Assembly: GCA_963737905.1 (NCBI GenBank)
Contig: CAVTUQ010000014.1
Span: 32,001-96,000, forward strand
DNA: 64,000 bases
Reading direction: 5' to 3'
Origin: an uncultured delta proteobacterium
GTDB lineage: Bacteria > Desulfobacterota > Binatia > UBA9968
A program made the translations under genes and the position numbers. This document shows, piece by piece, positions 1-10,312 of the stretch. The notes under the pieces are model-generated. The model was not told the origin of the DNA. It saw only the letters and a list, made by a program, of their open reading frames with translations, and did not search any database. Within the stretch, counting starts at the first letter, position 1. Each line of letters begins with the position of its first letter.

Positions 1-16
1 AACAGTCATGGGCGCG

Positions 17-1613
17 TTAGACCGACTGTATAGCGCGCATCAGATCCACCAGACCATGTCCTTCAAAGTAGCGCTCACGCCCAAGCGGGGTAGCGCTTTC
101 GAGAAAGATTCGTTTTACTTCCTCCGGCCGCTGGATAAATTCCCGGCGGATTGACAGAAATGCCGCGATGGCTCCCGACACGTGAGGAGCCGCCATGCTC
201 GTGCCGGAATCGTCTATATAAGCAGCGACTCCGTCTTCTATTTCGCCTCCGTGACTGACAAGCTTCTTCCCTGCCGCGCACGAAGTGATGCGCTCCCCTG
301 GAGCAACGAGGTCTGGTTTCAGTCTGCCATCCCCTGTGGGTCCCTTGGAGGAAAAATACGAGACACCGTAGAGGTGTGGAGAATCCCGATGGGTCGCACC
401 GACAGTAATGGCCAGTGAAGAATTGCCGGGATCATTGATAGTATTGGCCAGGCCGACCTTGGTCTGCCGCTGTTGGCTATTGAGTCGACCATAACCGGTA
501 TTCCCGGCAGCCACGACCACAATCACTCCGCTTTTAACAAGGCGATCCACCTCGACGCACAAAGGACTTTGCCCGCAAGCGAACATTTCGGCATCGAACT
601 CATAGCCAAGACTGAGGTTGACTCCATGCACCCGTAAGAGCTTCGGGTCGGCGTTGAGATCTCTACGTATATACTCTAACGCTCGCATGATGTTGCTGGT
701 ACGTCCCTCTCCGCCGTCATCGAGGACTTTCAAACTGACTAACTTACACCGCGGCGCCACACCTTGAAGCTTCTCTGGATTCGTGACCGTGCGCCGCTGA
801 ATCTTGTGTTCTTTGTTCTCGCTGGTCGGATCCGATACATACACGTTCTCGTACACGCGAAAAGCTTTATCTTTCAAACCCTTCGACAAACCACCGGCTA
901 TGATGCCGGCAACGTGCGTACCGTGGCCGTAACCGTCGGTGAGAGCGCTCTTGATTGGCGCGGGTTCGCTAGGCTTATCGCCTGTGAAGTCTCGGTGCAG
1001 TTCAGCCACGTCAGGGTGAAAGAGAAGATGCTTCTTCGGTTCCGCGGGGTTTCCAAAATGAATATGCCTGGCGGCAATGCCGGAATCGATCACCGCCCAC
1101 ACAATGCCATCGCCAGTGGCCTCATAAGACCGAACTGCCGCATCCCCTTTGATGGTTCCGACGGACCGGTCAATAAGTGGTGACAAAGGGAAATCGGGCC
1201 AGATGCGGTAGATCAGGCGGTCGCGGAGTTCCTTCGCCTGTTCTTCATCGGCCTTGACGAGTTCGCGCCACTCCTGAACACACAGCTTGCAGCGATAATA
1301 GGTTTGTGTGATACGAACCGGCGGACGCTCTTTAGCAGCCGTTCCAATCTTCTTTTTATAAAAGTCTTCAAACTTCTTGGCCGCTACTTCTACACCTCCT
1401 TTGTAGAGGAGGTTAAGCTCCACCATATAAGGTCCCGGCTCGAACTCGCTTGTTGGCAGATCCCATTCCGCGCGGCGCTTCGGATCCTGCAGGGCAGGAG
1501 CAACTGTCGCGCGACCCAAAGGGGGGAATGGCGGCTCGGGCTTCTTTGTTGGCTCGGGATTATTTAGTGACTTTGTTTTCCCGCTTCTTTCTCGGAGGTT
1601 CTGACTCAGCCAT
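17..1613 (-). CDS. S8 family (subtilisin-like) serine peptidase, apparently cytoplasmic; probable N-terminal frameshift
   Basis: Catalytic triad motifs VIDSGI, HGTHVAGII and SGTSMAAPHVSG, plus oxyanion AAGN. No signal peptide. The best RBS+ATG (GGGGAGAGAATTCT-ATG at 1613) is out of frame with ORF 17..1678, suggesting one indel near 1570-1585. Confidence 0.88.
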
Positions 1614-1721
1614 AGAATTCTCTCCCCTGAACGGAGATCACGATGAGGGACAAAGCAGCAATCAATTAATAATCTCATCTTGTCTGTACTGTCAATAAAA
1701 AGACGGTCCCGATCGGTTGAA

Positions 1722-3293
1722 CTATTCCTTCACCTGATACTTCCCTTCCCCATCTTGATTAATCTTCCCCTCCTGATGCAGCTTTCCAACCGCCGTCGCG
1801 ATTGTGCGATAGCCGGATTTCGGAAAGAACGCTAGAAGATCCGGGAAGAACAAGTGCGACTTTGCGAGTGCAGCGAGGATCTTTTCAGCCATAACATCGA
1901 CTGTTTGATCTGGCTTCCCATGATTGGCTGTTTTCAGCGCCTGGTCACCATCGCCGAGATGGTTTTTCAGCTCAACCTTACCCTGATTAAAATAAACGAT
2001 CCGGTTGTAGCGATTGCGTGACACGTTTTCCGGGATAGTCGCGTCGATGCCCATCTTCGCCGTGGTCGGGATTTTACCGGTGGTGGGTGGCGACAGCGAA
2101 GGATCTAACGGTTTAGCCCGAGCATTGGAAACAATCAGCACGTCGCGATCCGCCTGCACCCGCGTGGCCACGGCCCATTCGACGTCCGTCGGATCGAAGA
2201 TGTCGATATCATCATCGACGATCGTCACATGTTTGATGTCGGCAATCGAAAGCAGCGCCATGATCGCATTCTTGCCGTCGCCGGGTTGTTTCTTGATCGA
2301 CGCGACGATATGCCAGTGGCAGCAGCCGCCCGGGGTGACATTGATCGCCGTCGCCTGGACGCCGGCCTCGTGCAAAACACGCCACGCCGCCGCTTCGTAG
2401 ATCGGCGCGCTCATCCAGATATTTTCCCAGGGCATATGGAGCGCATAGTAGATGGGATCTTTGCGATGCATGATCGCTTTGATCCGCACGTGGGGATTCA
2501 TGTGGATCCCGCCCATCAGGCGATTGAACTCGCAGAACGGTCCTTCGGGATGCACCCAACCTTCGGGTAGAATCTCCCCTTCCAGAACGATTTCGGCGTC
2601 AGCGATACAGGGAATGGGAATCGTTTCGCCGTCGGCCAAGCCAAGCGGTTGGCCACGCATACCGCCGGCGAACGTCAGCTCATTCACTCCCAGGTTCGCT
2701 TTAAATGTCGAGACGACCAACTCGTAGGGATGAGTGCCGATGGAGATGGAAATCGGCAGCGGCTTTTTGCGCTGCAAGGCCCGCTCGGCAAACCTTCGCA
2801 GGTTGTTGGGCGTAACGATATCAATGCCCGTAATATTTCTTTCCTTAAGCATCAATCGGTACATACCGGCGTTCATGCCGAACTCCGGATCTTCTGCGAT
2901 TACGACTCCCGCCGTAATCATCGGCCCGCCGTCCATCACGGAAAATATCGGAACCGGCAGCTCGTAGAGATCGACTTTGTTCTTGGTGAGAATCACCTCT
3001 TTCACAGGTGCTTTTGTAATCCGCTTGGGCTTTACCGGATGATCCATCGCAGTGCGTAACTTCGCCTCGATCTTTTCGTACGGTGCATCCATTCCCAAAG
3101 CGAGGCGACTACGCGATTGGAGCAAACCCGACGCCACCGGCATGGAGTAGCCGCGCACGTTGGTAAACAGCAACGCTTTATCCGACTGCGGTACCAGCGC
3201 GGCGACATCGCGCAGATCCGTGGCCTTGGAAATAACGGTGAGCTCGTCGTTTTTTTTTAGCGCGTCGAGATAGCTTCTAAAATTAGCAGCCAT
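1722..3293 (-). CDS. UbiD family (prFMN-dependent) decarboxylase with C-terminal extension
   Basis: N-terminal FRSYLDAL, GMYR, EGPFCEF, VDDDIDIFDPTDVEWAVATR and KMGIDAT motifs. Start taken at the ATG with a GAGGAGG RBS. Confidence 0.92.
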   Translation of the reverse strand: MAANFRSYLDALKKNDELTVISKATDLRDVAALVPQSDKALLFTNVRGYSMPVASGLLQSRSRLALGMDAPYEKIEAKLRTAMDHPVKPKRITKAPVKEVILTKNKVDLYELPVPIFSVMDGGPMITAGVVIAEDPEFGMNAGMYRLMLKERNITGIDIVTPNNLRRFAERALQRKKPLPISISIGTHPYELVVSTFKANLGVNELTFAGGMRGQPLGLADGETIPIPCIADAEIVLEGEILPEGWVHPEGPFCEFNRLMGGIHMNPHVRIKAIMHRKDPIYYALHMPWENIWMSAPIYEAAAWRVLHEAGVQATAINVTPGGCCHWHIVASIKKQPGDGKNAIMALLSIADIKHVTIVDDDIDIFDPTDVEWAVATRVQADRDVLIVSNARAKPLDPSLSPPTTGKIPTTAKMGIDATIPENVSRNRYNRIVYFNQGKVELKNHLGDGDQALKTANHGKPDQTVDVMAEKILAALAKSHLFFPDLLAFFPKSGYRTIATAVGKLHQEGKINQDGEGKYQVKE

Positions 3294-3377
3294 TCTTTCC
3301 TCCTCTCGAAATAGAAGGCATAAACCAACCATGGATGAAAATAGGTGTCAATCAAAGCAGCGCGAATCATTTTGCGG

Positions 3378-3405
3378 GAGATCCTTCACTTTGTTCAGGA
3401 TGACA
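3378..3405. repeat. REP-like palindromic element
   Basis: GAGATCCTTCACTTTGTTCAGGATGACA: ATCCT...AGGAT stem in the divergent intergenic region. Single copy in this window. Confidence 0.4.
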
Positions 3406-3496
3406 GATCAGTCCAATGTCACCATTACATCCTTCCTTCGCAGTTTCGCATCACGCGACGCGTGTGCTATAGAAACGCCGAGGGAGTGACTCGATC

Positions 3497-4495
3497 ATGG
3501 GAACATTCGGACTGACACTCGCTAATCGCGGCGTGATCATCGGGGCTGTGACGGTTCCTGAGCTTTTCGATATGGCCAAGCGCGGTGAAGACTCGGGCGC
3601 GTTCGATGCGGTTTGGGTCGGCGATAGTTTGCTTGCAAAGCCACGACTGGAATCCATCGCGCTTTTATCGGCGCTTGCGGTCGTAACCAAGAAGGTCCGC
3701 CTCGCCGTCGGCTGCATGGCCACCTTCCCACATCGGCACCCGGCCTTATTGGCCCAGCAGTGGGCGAGCTTGGACGTCATCTCCGGCGGTCGCGCGTGGC
3801 TTGCGGTCTGTTTGGGCGGGCCCAACGAGCAGAGTCCCGCTCAAGCGCTCGAGCACAAGGTCATGGGCATCAAGGACACCGAGCGGGTCGCCCGGCTCGA
3901 AGAAGGAATCACCATCCTCCGCAAGCTCTTCCACGAAGAAAAAGCATCGCATAAAGGCCGTTTTTATGAATTCGATGGCGTCACGATTCAACCCCGTCCC
4001 GTCCAAAATCCCATGCCCATCTGGATCGCCAGCAATCCAACGGGACTGACGTGGAAGGACGGCGCCAGCGCTCCCAGTCCCGCCGTCGAACGCGGGCTGC
4101 GCCGGGTCGCGCGCTTTGCCGACGGCTGGATGACCAACAAGGTTACCCCGGCGGAGTTCAAGTCTCAGTGGACACGCATTCTCGCAATGGCCAAAGAAGA
4201 AGGCCGCGACCCGTCGAAGATCGGCAGCGCCCTGTACCACAACATCACCATCAACGCAGACCGTAAAGCGGCTCTGGACGAGAGCAAGGCATTCCTCGAT
4301 AAATACTACACCTCCAATTTCAGCATGAAGTTCGTCGAGGGTTTCACTACCGCGGGAAGCCCAAAACAGTGCATCGAGGAACTGAAGGCCTATTTTGCTG
4401 CGGGCATCGAGCACATCACCCTACGCATGACCTCCTGGGATCAGACCGGGCAGCTGAAACGTTTTCTTGAGGAAGTCGCCCCGGCTTTCAGATAA
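3497..4495 (+). CDS. LLM class (luciferase-like) flavin/F420-dependent oxidoreductase
   Basis: GAFDAVWVGDSL, ASLDVISGGR, PRPVQxPxPIWIA and RVARFADGW motifs. Confidence 0.9.
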   Translation: MGTFGLTLANRGVIIGAVTVPELFDMAKRGEDSGAFDAVWVGDSLLAKPRLESIALLSALAVVTKKVRLAVGCMATFPHRHPALLAQQWASLDVISGGRAWLAVCLGGPNEQSPAQALEHKVMGIKDTERVARLEEGITILRKLFHEEKASHKGRFYEFDGVTIQPRPVQNPMPIWIASNPTGLTWKDGASAPSPAVERGLRRVARFADGWMTNKVTPAEFKSQWTRILAMAKEEGRDPSKIGSALYHNITINADRKAALDESKAFLDKYYTSNFSMKFVEGFTTAGSPKQCIEELKAYFAAGIEHITLRMTSWDQTGQLKRFLEEVAPAFR

Positions 4496-4514
4496 ATCGG
4501 ATTGTTAAGGTCTT

Positions 4515-5285
4515 ATGCTTCAAGGGATCGATCACATCGTTATCGTCGTCAATGATCTGGAGCAGGCAGCCAAAGATTATGAGCAGCTCGGCTTCACCGT
4601 CGTTCCCGGTGGCAAGCATCCGGTGGGGAGCCACAATGTCCTTATCTCTCTAGCCGACGGCTCTTACATCGAAATCATCGCCTTCTACCGCGAGGCCATC
4701 GACCACCGCTGGTGGGACCCCCTACAAAAGGGCGAACGCTTGGTCGATTTCTGCATGCAAACGAACGATCTCCGAGGCGATACGCTGAAGCTTCGCGCTG
4801 CCGGCGTCGCAATCAACGATCCTGTTCCATGGTCAAGGACCCGTCCGGATGGCTACGAGCTCAAATGGCTCCTATCCTTGGCTCAGGGAAGTCATCGCGG
4901 AGTCGCGCCGTTTCTGATTCAGGACGTAACGCCGAGAGAAGAGAGAATTCCACAGACGTTCGATCACAAGAACGGCGCAACCGGCATCGGAACCATGACA
5001 GTTGCGGTGGGAGAGCTCACGGCGGTCCGGCAGTGGTATGATGCAGTCTTGGGTTCCCCAGGAATGAACATCACCAACGAAACCCTACAGGCTAAGGGCG
5101 TGCGTTACCCAATCGGGTCGCACATCCTCGATTTTCTGATGCCTCTGGATCCTCAAAGCCCTCTCATCAATTGGTTGAGAACTTTTGGCCCTTCTACTTA
5201 TGCAGCCACCCTTCGCAGCAGCTCATCCGGCACCAGCGCATTTGATCACAAGCTCACCCATGGGGCTAATCTATGTTTCGTGTAA
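4515..5285 (+). CDS. VOC / glyoxalase-like family protein
   Basis: IDHIVIVVNDL, GFTVVPGGKHPVGSHN, YIEI, RPDG-x-LKW and PFLIQD motifs typical of Glyoxalase_3-type proteins. Confidence 0.85.
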   Translation: MLQGIDHIVIVVNDLEQAAKDYEQLGFTVVPGGKHPVGSHNVLISLADGSYIEIIAFYREAIDHRWWDPLQKGERLVDFCMQTNDLRGDTLKLRAAGVAINDPVPWSRTRPDGYELKWLLSLAQGSHRGVAPFLIQDVTPREERIPQTFDHKNGATGIGTMTVAVGELTAVRQWYDAVLGSPGMNITNETLQAKGVRYPIGSHILDFLMPLDPQSPLINWLRTFGPSTYAATLRSSSSGTSAFDHKLTHGANLCFV

Positions 5286-5412
5286 TCGATGAGATGTTCC
5301 AGTTAACCATCTGTTCCTACGTGACTTTGTCGGCGACTTAACGGATCTGAACCGCGCCGATAAACAATCCACGAGTGTTCATCGTCTAATGCAGCGAAGG
5401 AGCAAAACGACA

Positions 5413-7126
5413 TCACCAACCGATAGCGTAGCCGTCACGCCGCGGATCCGCGGCACCGAAAAGCGCGCCGCTTTCAGGATCAATCTGGATCATCATCTCA
5501 CTGCCCGTCGCTTCCCAATCGCCGATGATATTGAGCGCATGGCCGCGACGCGCCAAGCCGTCCCGAGTGTTTTCGGAAAAGCGGCCTTCAAGGATTAATT
5601 CGTCCTGGCAAGTATGAGGTACGGTAGACTCGGTGGGATTTTGCGTATGACGCCAGCGCGAAGCCTCGACGGCTTCCGCCACCGTCATGCCAAAGTCCAA
5701 CACGTGGGTGATGACCTGCAGGTTGGTCTGCACCTGGGTATCCGCTCCGGGCGTGCCGCAAACCAGGGTCAAACGCCGCTTTCCGTTTTCTTGCCTGAAC
5801 ACCATGACCGGGTTCATGGTATGGCGCACCCGCTTTCCGGGTTGCAGACAGTCGGGGTGGTCCGCGTCCAGATGCCAGTAGGTCATCCGGTTATTCAGCA
5901 GAATACCGGTATCGCCCGCGATGAGACTCGATCCGAACGGGCTTTGCAGGCTTTGTAATTGGCACACCGCATTGCCCCACCGATCGACGACTGCGAAACA
6001 AGTTGTATCCCCTTTGGTTTCGCTCTGCAGTCGAGAACGTGCTAGGCGTAGAACCTTTTCTGCGATCCTTCTGATGTTGCCACGGATCGCCCGGTTGCAC
6101 GCTTGTTGCCGCGCGGTCGGGATGAATGAGTTTTACTCGCTCCTTGGCATACTCCTTGGAAATCAATCCCTCCGTGGGAACGTCTACGAAGTCGGGATCG
6201 GCGAGAAAAGCTTCGCGATCCATGAAGGCTAGCTTCTTAGCTTCAACCATCCCGTGGATGCTCTCAGCGGTATTACAGCCAAGAGATTTTAAATCGAAAT
6301 GCTCGACCAAATTCAGTTCCTGCAGCAGCACGTGACCGCTCGAATTGGGTGGCGCTTCATAGATGGTATAGCCGCGATAGCTCGTGCAAATGGGCTCGTC
6401 CCAGCGGCTCCGACATTGGGTAAGATCGGCTTCCGACAACAAACCGCCCTGTGCTTCGCTGAAACTCACCAAAGCATGGGCGATTTCTCCACGATAAAAA
6501 GCGTCAGCGCCGCCATCGACTATTGCCTGAAAAGTTCGGCTGAGGTCTCTCTGGTAGAGAATTTCCCCGGGCTGCAGCGGCCGCCCGTCACGGCTAAAGA
6601 CCGCTTGCGATGTCGGAAACTCACAGATGAGCGGATCCGCTGCAATCGCTCGGGCCAATACATGGCTGGTCGGAAAGCCGTTGGCCGCAAGATCCATGGC
6701 CGGGGCAAGAACCTCGGCAATCGAGAGACTGCCAAATTTCTTGTGGGCGGAAAGCCAACCGTCCACCAATCCCGGCACGGAGACCGATAAAATACCCTTC
6801 ATCGGTATTCCCGCGTGCAAAAAACGCTCGCGGGTAGCTGCGGCGGGGGCGGCTCCCGTGGCGCTGACTACACTCAAACGATCGTCGTTTTTCCAATAGA
6901 TCATCAAGTAGCCGTCGCCCCCGATACCCGACATTAAAGGTTCGACGACGTTGAGGGCGGCGGCCGTGGCGATGGCGGCATCGACGGCATTGCCACCTTT
7001 TTGCAGCATGGTGATGCCCGCCTGGGAAGCCAGGGGATGGCCCGCACAGACCATTCCGTTGCGACCCATGACCACGGGGCGATGGGCTTCAAAGGTAATG
7101 CCGTGCGGAGCGTGAGCCGTGGCCAT
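5413..7126 (-). CDS. ggt: Gamma-glutamyltransferase family protein (one frameshift near 6010-6070)
   Basis: GGNAVDAAIA, EPLMSGIGGD and VSVPG in ORF 5891..7126. The Ntn nucleophile segment GDTTCFAVVDRWGNAV reads in frame with ORF 5413..5967 (LNNRM, PGKR, GTPG, GAADPRR). Confidence 0.88.
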
Positions 7127-7147
7127 AGGCGAACCGTGGAAGCCTTC

Positions 7148-8335
7148 TTAACGATGGAGCGCGAGAAAGGTAAAAACCTTCGCGGCGTCGAAGACCTGGT
7201 TCACGGAAACCAGATCGTGATCGGTGTGCTGGAAGCGAATATCCCGCGAACCGTAGTTGATCGCTTGAATCCCGCGAAAGTTGAAAAGGCCGGTATCGTT
7301 AGCCGCGGTGGAGAAGCTATACGCGGGTTGCCGACCGAGCACCGTGCGAATGCCGTGCTCTAGGGCTTGCACGACTTCCGCGTTCTTACTGACTTCACTG
7401 GGATACATGAAATCCCTCGGCTGAATCTCAATTTCGAACGGCTCTATTTTTCCGATGGTATCGCGGATCTGCTGGATCGCTTTTTTCGGATCGTCTCCCG
7501 GGAGAAGCCGGCGATCAAACGTGATTCGGCATTCGCTCTGGATCGTGTGTGTGGCCTTGGGAAAGCTTTCGATAGCATTGGATGTCAAACTAACTTTACC
7601 AAGCTCAGGATGGGTTTTTTCCTCCGGGTAGGGCATCAAGGGTTTCAATCTTTCGAGGACTTTCATCGCGCCCTCAATGGCATTGACTCCTTCCCACGGC
7701 CGGCTGCTGTGCGCTTGCTTGCCGCGCACGATCACCAGCACGTCGATACGTCCTTTGTTGCCCAGCTGGATTTCCGGTGGACCGTCAATGACGCACCAAT
7801 CGGCTTCTACCTTGCCGTGATCGAGTACATAGGCCAGCGAATCGTGCCGCCCGGTCTCACCCGCAGTGCTGACAACAAAGTAAAGATCAGCCGGTAGTTC
7901 GACCTTATGGGCCCCGATGAATCGCATAGCCGCCATCATCGCGGCCAAGCTGCCCTTTTGCTCGCAGGCGCCGCGGCCCCAGACACACTCGCCCTCCAGT
8001 TTGTAGGGTGAACCGTCAACAATCTCGCCGGAGTAGGGATTCCGCATCGTGCTTGGCGCCGCATTCATCGCGTAGCCCACAAGCATGAGCCGATCACCGC
8101 GCCCTCGACTATTGAGACGAAGGATTAGATTGCCTTTGTCATCAATAGACGGATGGAGTCCGGACTGCTCGAGCTCGGGTTTGATCACGTCACGGATCAA
8201 GCCAAGTACTTGTGGTTCGGCTTCCAGCAACTCCGTCTGCGGACTTGCATATTGGACTAGCCTGACGATGAGCCGCTTGACCTCTCCGTAGTCGAGATTC
8301 TTGTCGATGATTTTTTTTGCGCTCTCCGCTTCCAT
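7148..8335 (-). CDS. M20/ArgE/DapE-fold amidohydrolase-like protein with atypical metal ligands
   Basis: VWGRGACEQKG, GKQAHSSRPWEGVNAI dimerisation-domain motif, DRRLLPG and C-terminal QHT. Confidence 0.82.
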   Translation of the reverse strand: MEAESAKKIIDKNLDYGEVKRLIVRLVQYASPQTELLEAEPQVLGLIRDVIKPELEQSGLHPSIDDKGNLILRLNSRGRGDRLMLVGYAMNAAPSTMRNPYSGEIVDGSPYKLEGECVWGRGACEQKGSLAAMMAAMRFIGAHKVELPADLYFVVSTAGETGRHDSLAYVLDHGKVEADWCVIDGPPEIQLGNKGRIDVLVIVRGKQAHSSRPWEGVNAIEGAMKVLERLKPLMPYPEEKTHPELGKVSLTSNAIESFPKATHTIQSECRITFDRRLLPGDDPKKAIQQIRDTIGKIEPFEIEIQPRDFMYPSEVSKNAEVVQALEHGIRTVLGRQPAYSFSTAANDTGLFNFRGIQAINYGSRDIRFQHTDHDLVSVNQVFDAAKVFTFLALHR

Positions 8336-8355
8336 CTTCGTAACTCAAAAACGAT

Positions 8356-8430
8356 GTTCAAGGTTCAATGTTCCAGGTTCAACGTTTCAATTCGTTTCGG
8401 ACTTTGAACATTGAACTTTGAACCTTGAAC
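8356..8430. repeat. 7-mer tandem repeat hairpin (GTTCAAG-type arm / CTTTGAA-type arm)
   Basis: gttcaag gttcaat gttccag gttcaac ... ctttgaa cattgaa ctttgaa ccttgaac. The first 35 bp are identical to 45046..45080. Confidence 0.85.
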
Positions 8431-8468
8431 TCAAAAGCAGTTTTTCCTTGGAGCACGAATAATCTAGA

Positions 8469-10214
8469 TCAGTGTCCCTCGAACTGGTTGCCTACTTTGC
8501 CGATTCTGCGAGCGAACAGAATCAAAGTGATACACACTGCGCTCACAATCAACGCCAGGGAGCACATGGGCCCGAGGTTGCCATCGACATAGAAGTGATA
8601 GAGCAAGGGGCCCAGCGGCTCGGACCCGGGAGAATAGAGAAAGATCGAAGTGCTGAACTCGCGCAGATAAATCGTTGCCAGGATAATCCAGCCGGCAATA
8701 AACCCGGGACGTAGCAACGGAAGCAGCACGCGGCGAAAAGTAGCCGCAAAGCCAGCGCCGCAAACCACGGAAGCCTCGGGCAAATCGTTATGGATCTGCA
8801 CTATGGTGCTCGTCATCGCGCGCAGGCCATAGGGTAGAAACCGGGTGATGTAGGCGATCAGCAGAATCCACAAAGTCCCGTAGATCGGCAGCGGCATATA
8901 GACATAGGTCCACAAGAGACCGATGGCGAGGGCAGTGCCGGGAAAGGCCCAGGGGATAAAAGTCAATGCTTCGATCACTCCCCTGCCCGCAGTCTTGGTC
9001 TTGGTCGTGACCCAGGCGGTCACCGAGGCGATCAACATGCAGAGGGTCGCGCCTCCCACCGCAAGGATTAAGCTGTTCTGCAGAGCGCGGAACGTGCGGC
9101 TATCCGTGAGGTTCGAGCGGTAATGATCCAGGGTCAGCAATTCCCACGTCTTGGCGCTTGGGACATGAACATAAGTGATAAACGAGACATAGATCAAAAC
9201 CATAAACGGCAGAACGACGATCAGGAGCAAGATCAAACCAGCGATGGCGGATGTGGCATAGCGCCATTGGCCCAGATCGATGATGTTAGGGCGGTAGCCT
9301 CGGCCGGTGACTGTAACGTAACGTTCGCTCCTGAAAGTCAGCCGGCGGTAAAAGTAGACGAAGATCATGGTGACCAACAACAGGGAAACCCCATAGGTGG
9401 CGGCCAAATTTTGGTTAGGCGGGAAGGCGCCGATGGCTTCCCTATAGATTTTAGTAGTAAACACTTCGATCCGCGCCGGTAGAGCGATGATTGCCGGAGT
9501 TTCAAAACTTTCGATGGCACGAACGAAGTTGAGCATCGCCGAAGCCAGTAGCGCAGGCCGAACAATCGGAAAGGTAATCCGCCACGCCACTTGGAAATTG
9601 CTCGAACCGGCCACCCGGGCCGACTCTTCCAACGCCGGGTCCATCGAATACAGCGATGCCGATACGATCAGAAAAGCTAACGGTGTCGTGATCAAAGCTT
9701 CGACGAAGATCATCCCGCCCAGCGAGTAGACGTTTAACGGCGCCGTTGCTAGACCGAAAGCATTCATCAGCAAGCGGTTGATCAAGCCGGTGCGCGGGCT
9801 GAGCAGCACCGTCCAGGCGACTGCCAACATCACCGGAGGAAAGATGTTGGGAACGATGGCGATGATCTCGAAAAATTTTCTAAACGGCGCATTCGTGCGT
9901 ATGGTAATCCAGGCCAACGTGGCCGCCAGAAAGGTCGCGAGAATGGACGCACCGGCGGCGAAAACAAACGAGTTGAACAGCAACTGATAAGTCAGCGGGT
10001 CGGTGTAAGCGCTGATGTAGTGAGCCAACGTGAAACCGCCGGGCACGCCGAGGGGCTTGCTGAGAAAACTACCGTAGAAGAGCATGATGGTCGGCGACAG
10101 GCTGAGATAAGCGATCACGACGCCGACCACCGTAATCACCCAGAGCTGGGGGTCCTGACGAAAGGCTCGTAGCGGCCGTTCAAAAACATGGGTTAAGACC
10201 GCGGTGCCGTTCAT
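8469..10214 (-). CDS. ABC transporter permease, FbpB/ThiP-type (two fused membrane domains)
   Basis: About 12 hydrophobic segments and two EAA loops (LEESARVAGS, LPEASVVCGA). Confidence 0.92.
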   Translation of the reverse strand: MNGTAVLTHVFERPLRAFRQDPQLWVITVVGVVIAYLSLSPTIMLFYGSFLSKPLGVPGGFTLAHYISAYTDPLTYQLLFNSFVFAAGASILATFLAATLAWITIRTNAPFRKFFEIIAIVPNIFPPVMLAVAWTVLLSPRTGLINRLLMNAFGLATAPLNVYSLGGMIFVEALITTPLAFLIVSASLYSMDPALEESARVAGSSNFQVAWRITFPIVRPALLASAMLNFVRAIESFETPAIIALPARIEVFTTKIYREAIGAFPPNQNLAATYGVSLLLVTMIFVYFYRRLTFRSERYVTVTGRGYRPNIIDLGQWRYATSAIAGLILLLIVVLPFMVLIYVSFITYVHVPSAKTWELLTLDHYRSNLTDSRTFRALQNSLILAVGGATLCMLIASVTAWVTTKTKTAGRGVIEALTFIPWAFPGTALAIGLLWTYVYMPLPIYGTLWILLIAYITRFLPYGLRAMTSTIVQIHNDLPEASVVCGAGFAATFRRVLLPLLRPGFIAGWIILATIYLREFSTSIFLYSPGSEPLGPLLYHFYVDGNLGPMCSLALIVSAVCITLILFARRIGKVGNQFEGH

Positions 10215-10238
10215 GGTTTCTTCCGCCTTCTCTTCATC

Positions 10239-10279
10239 AAAAACAAAGAGGGTCGGCCACTTGTCGGCCGGCCCTCTTT
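10239..10279 (-). terminator. Intrinsic terminator-like hairpin between binding-protein gene and permease gene
   Basis: On the minus strand AAAGAGGGCCGGCC-loop-GGCCGACCCTCTTT is followed by GTTTTTG. Confidence 0.6.
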
Positions 10280-10312
10280 AAATAGCTCAAACTATACCAG
10301 CGAACCCGAAAA

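Noticed and set aside
5891-6070. GGT naturally split into large and small subunit genes at the autocleavage site
   Set aside because: There is no start codon or RBS positioned to give an N-terminal catalytic Thr. A single indel in the linker explains it, and indels are common in this window.
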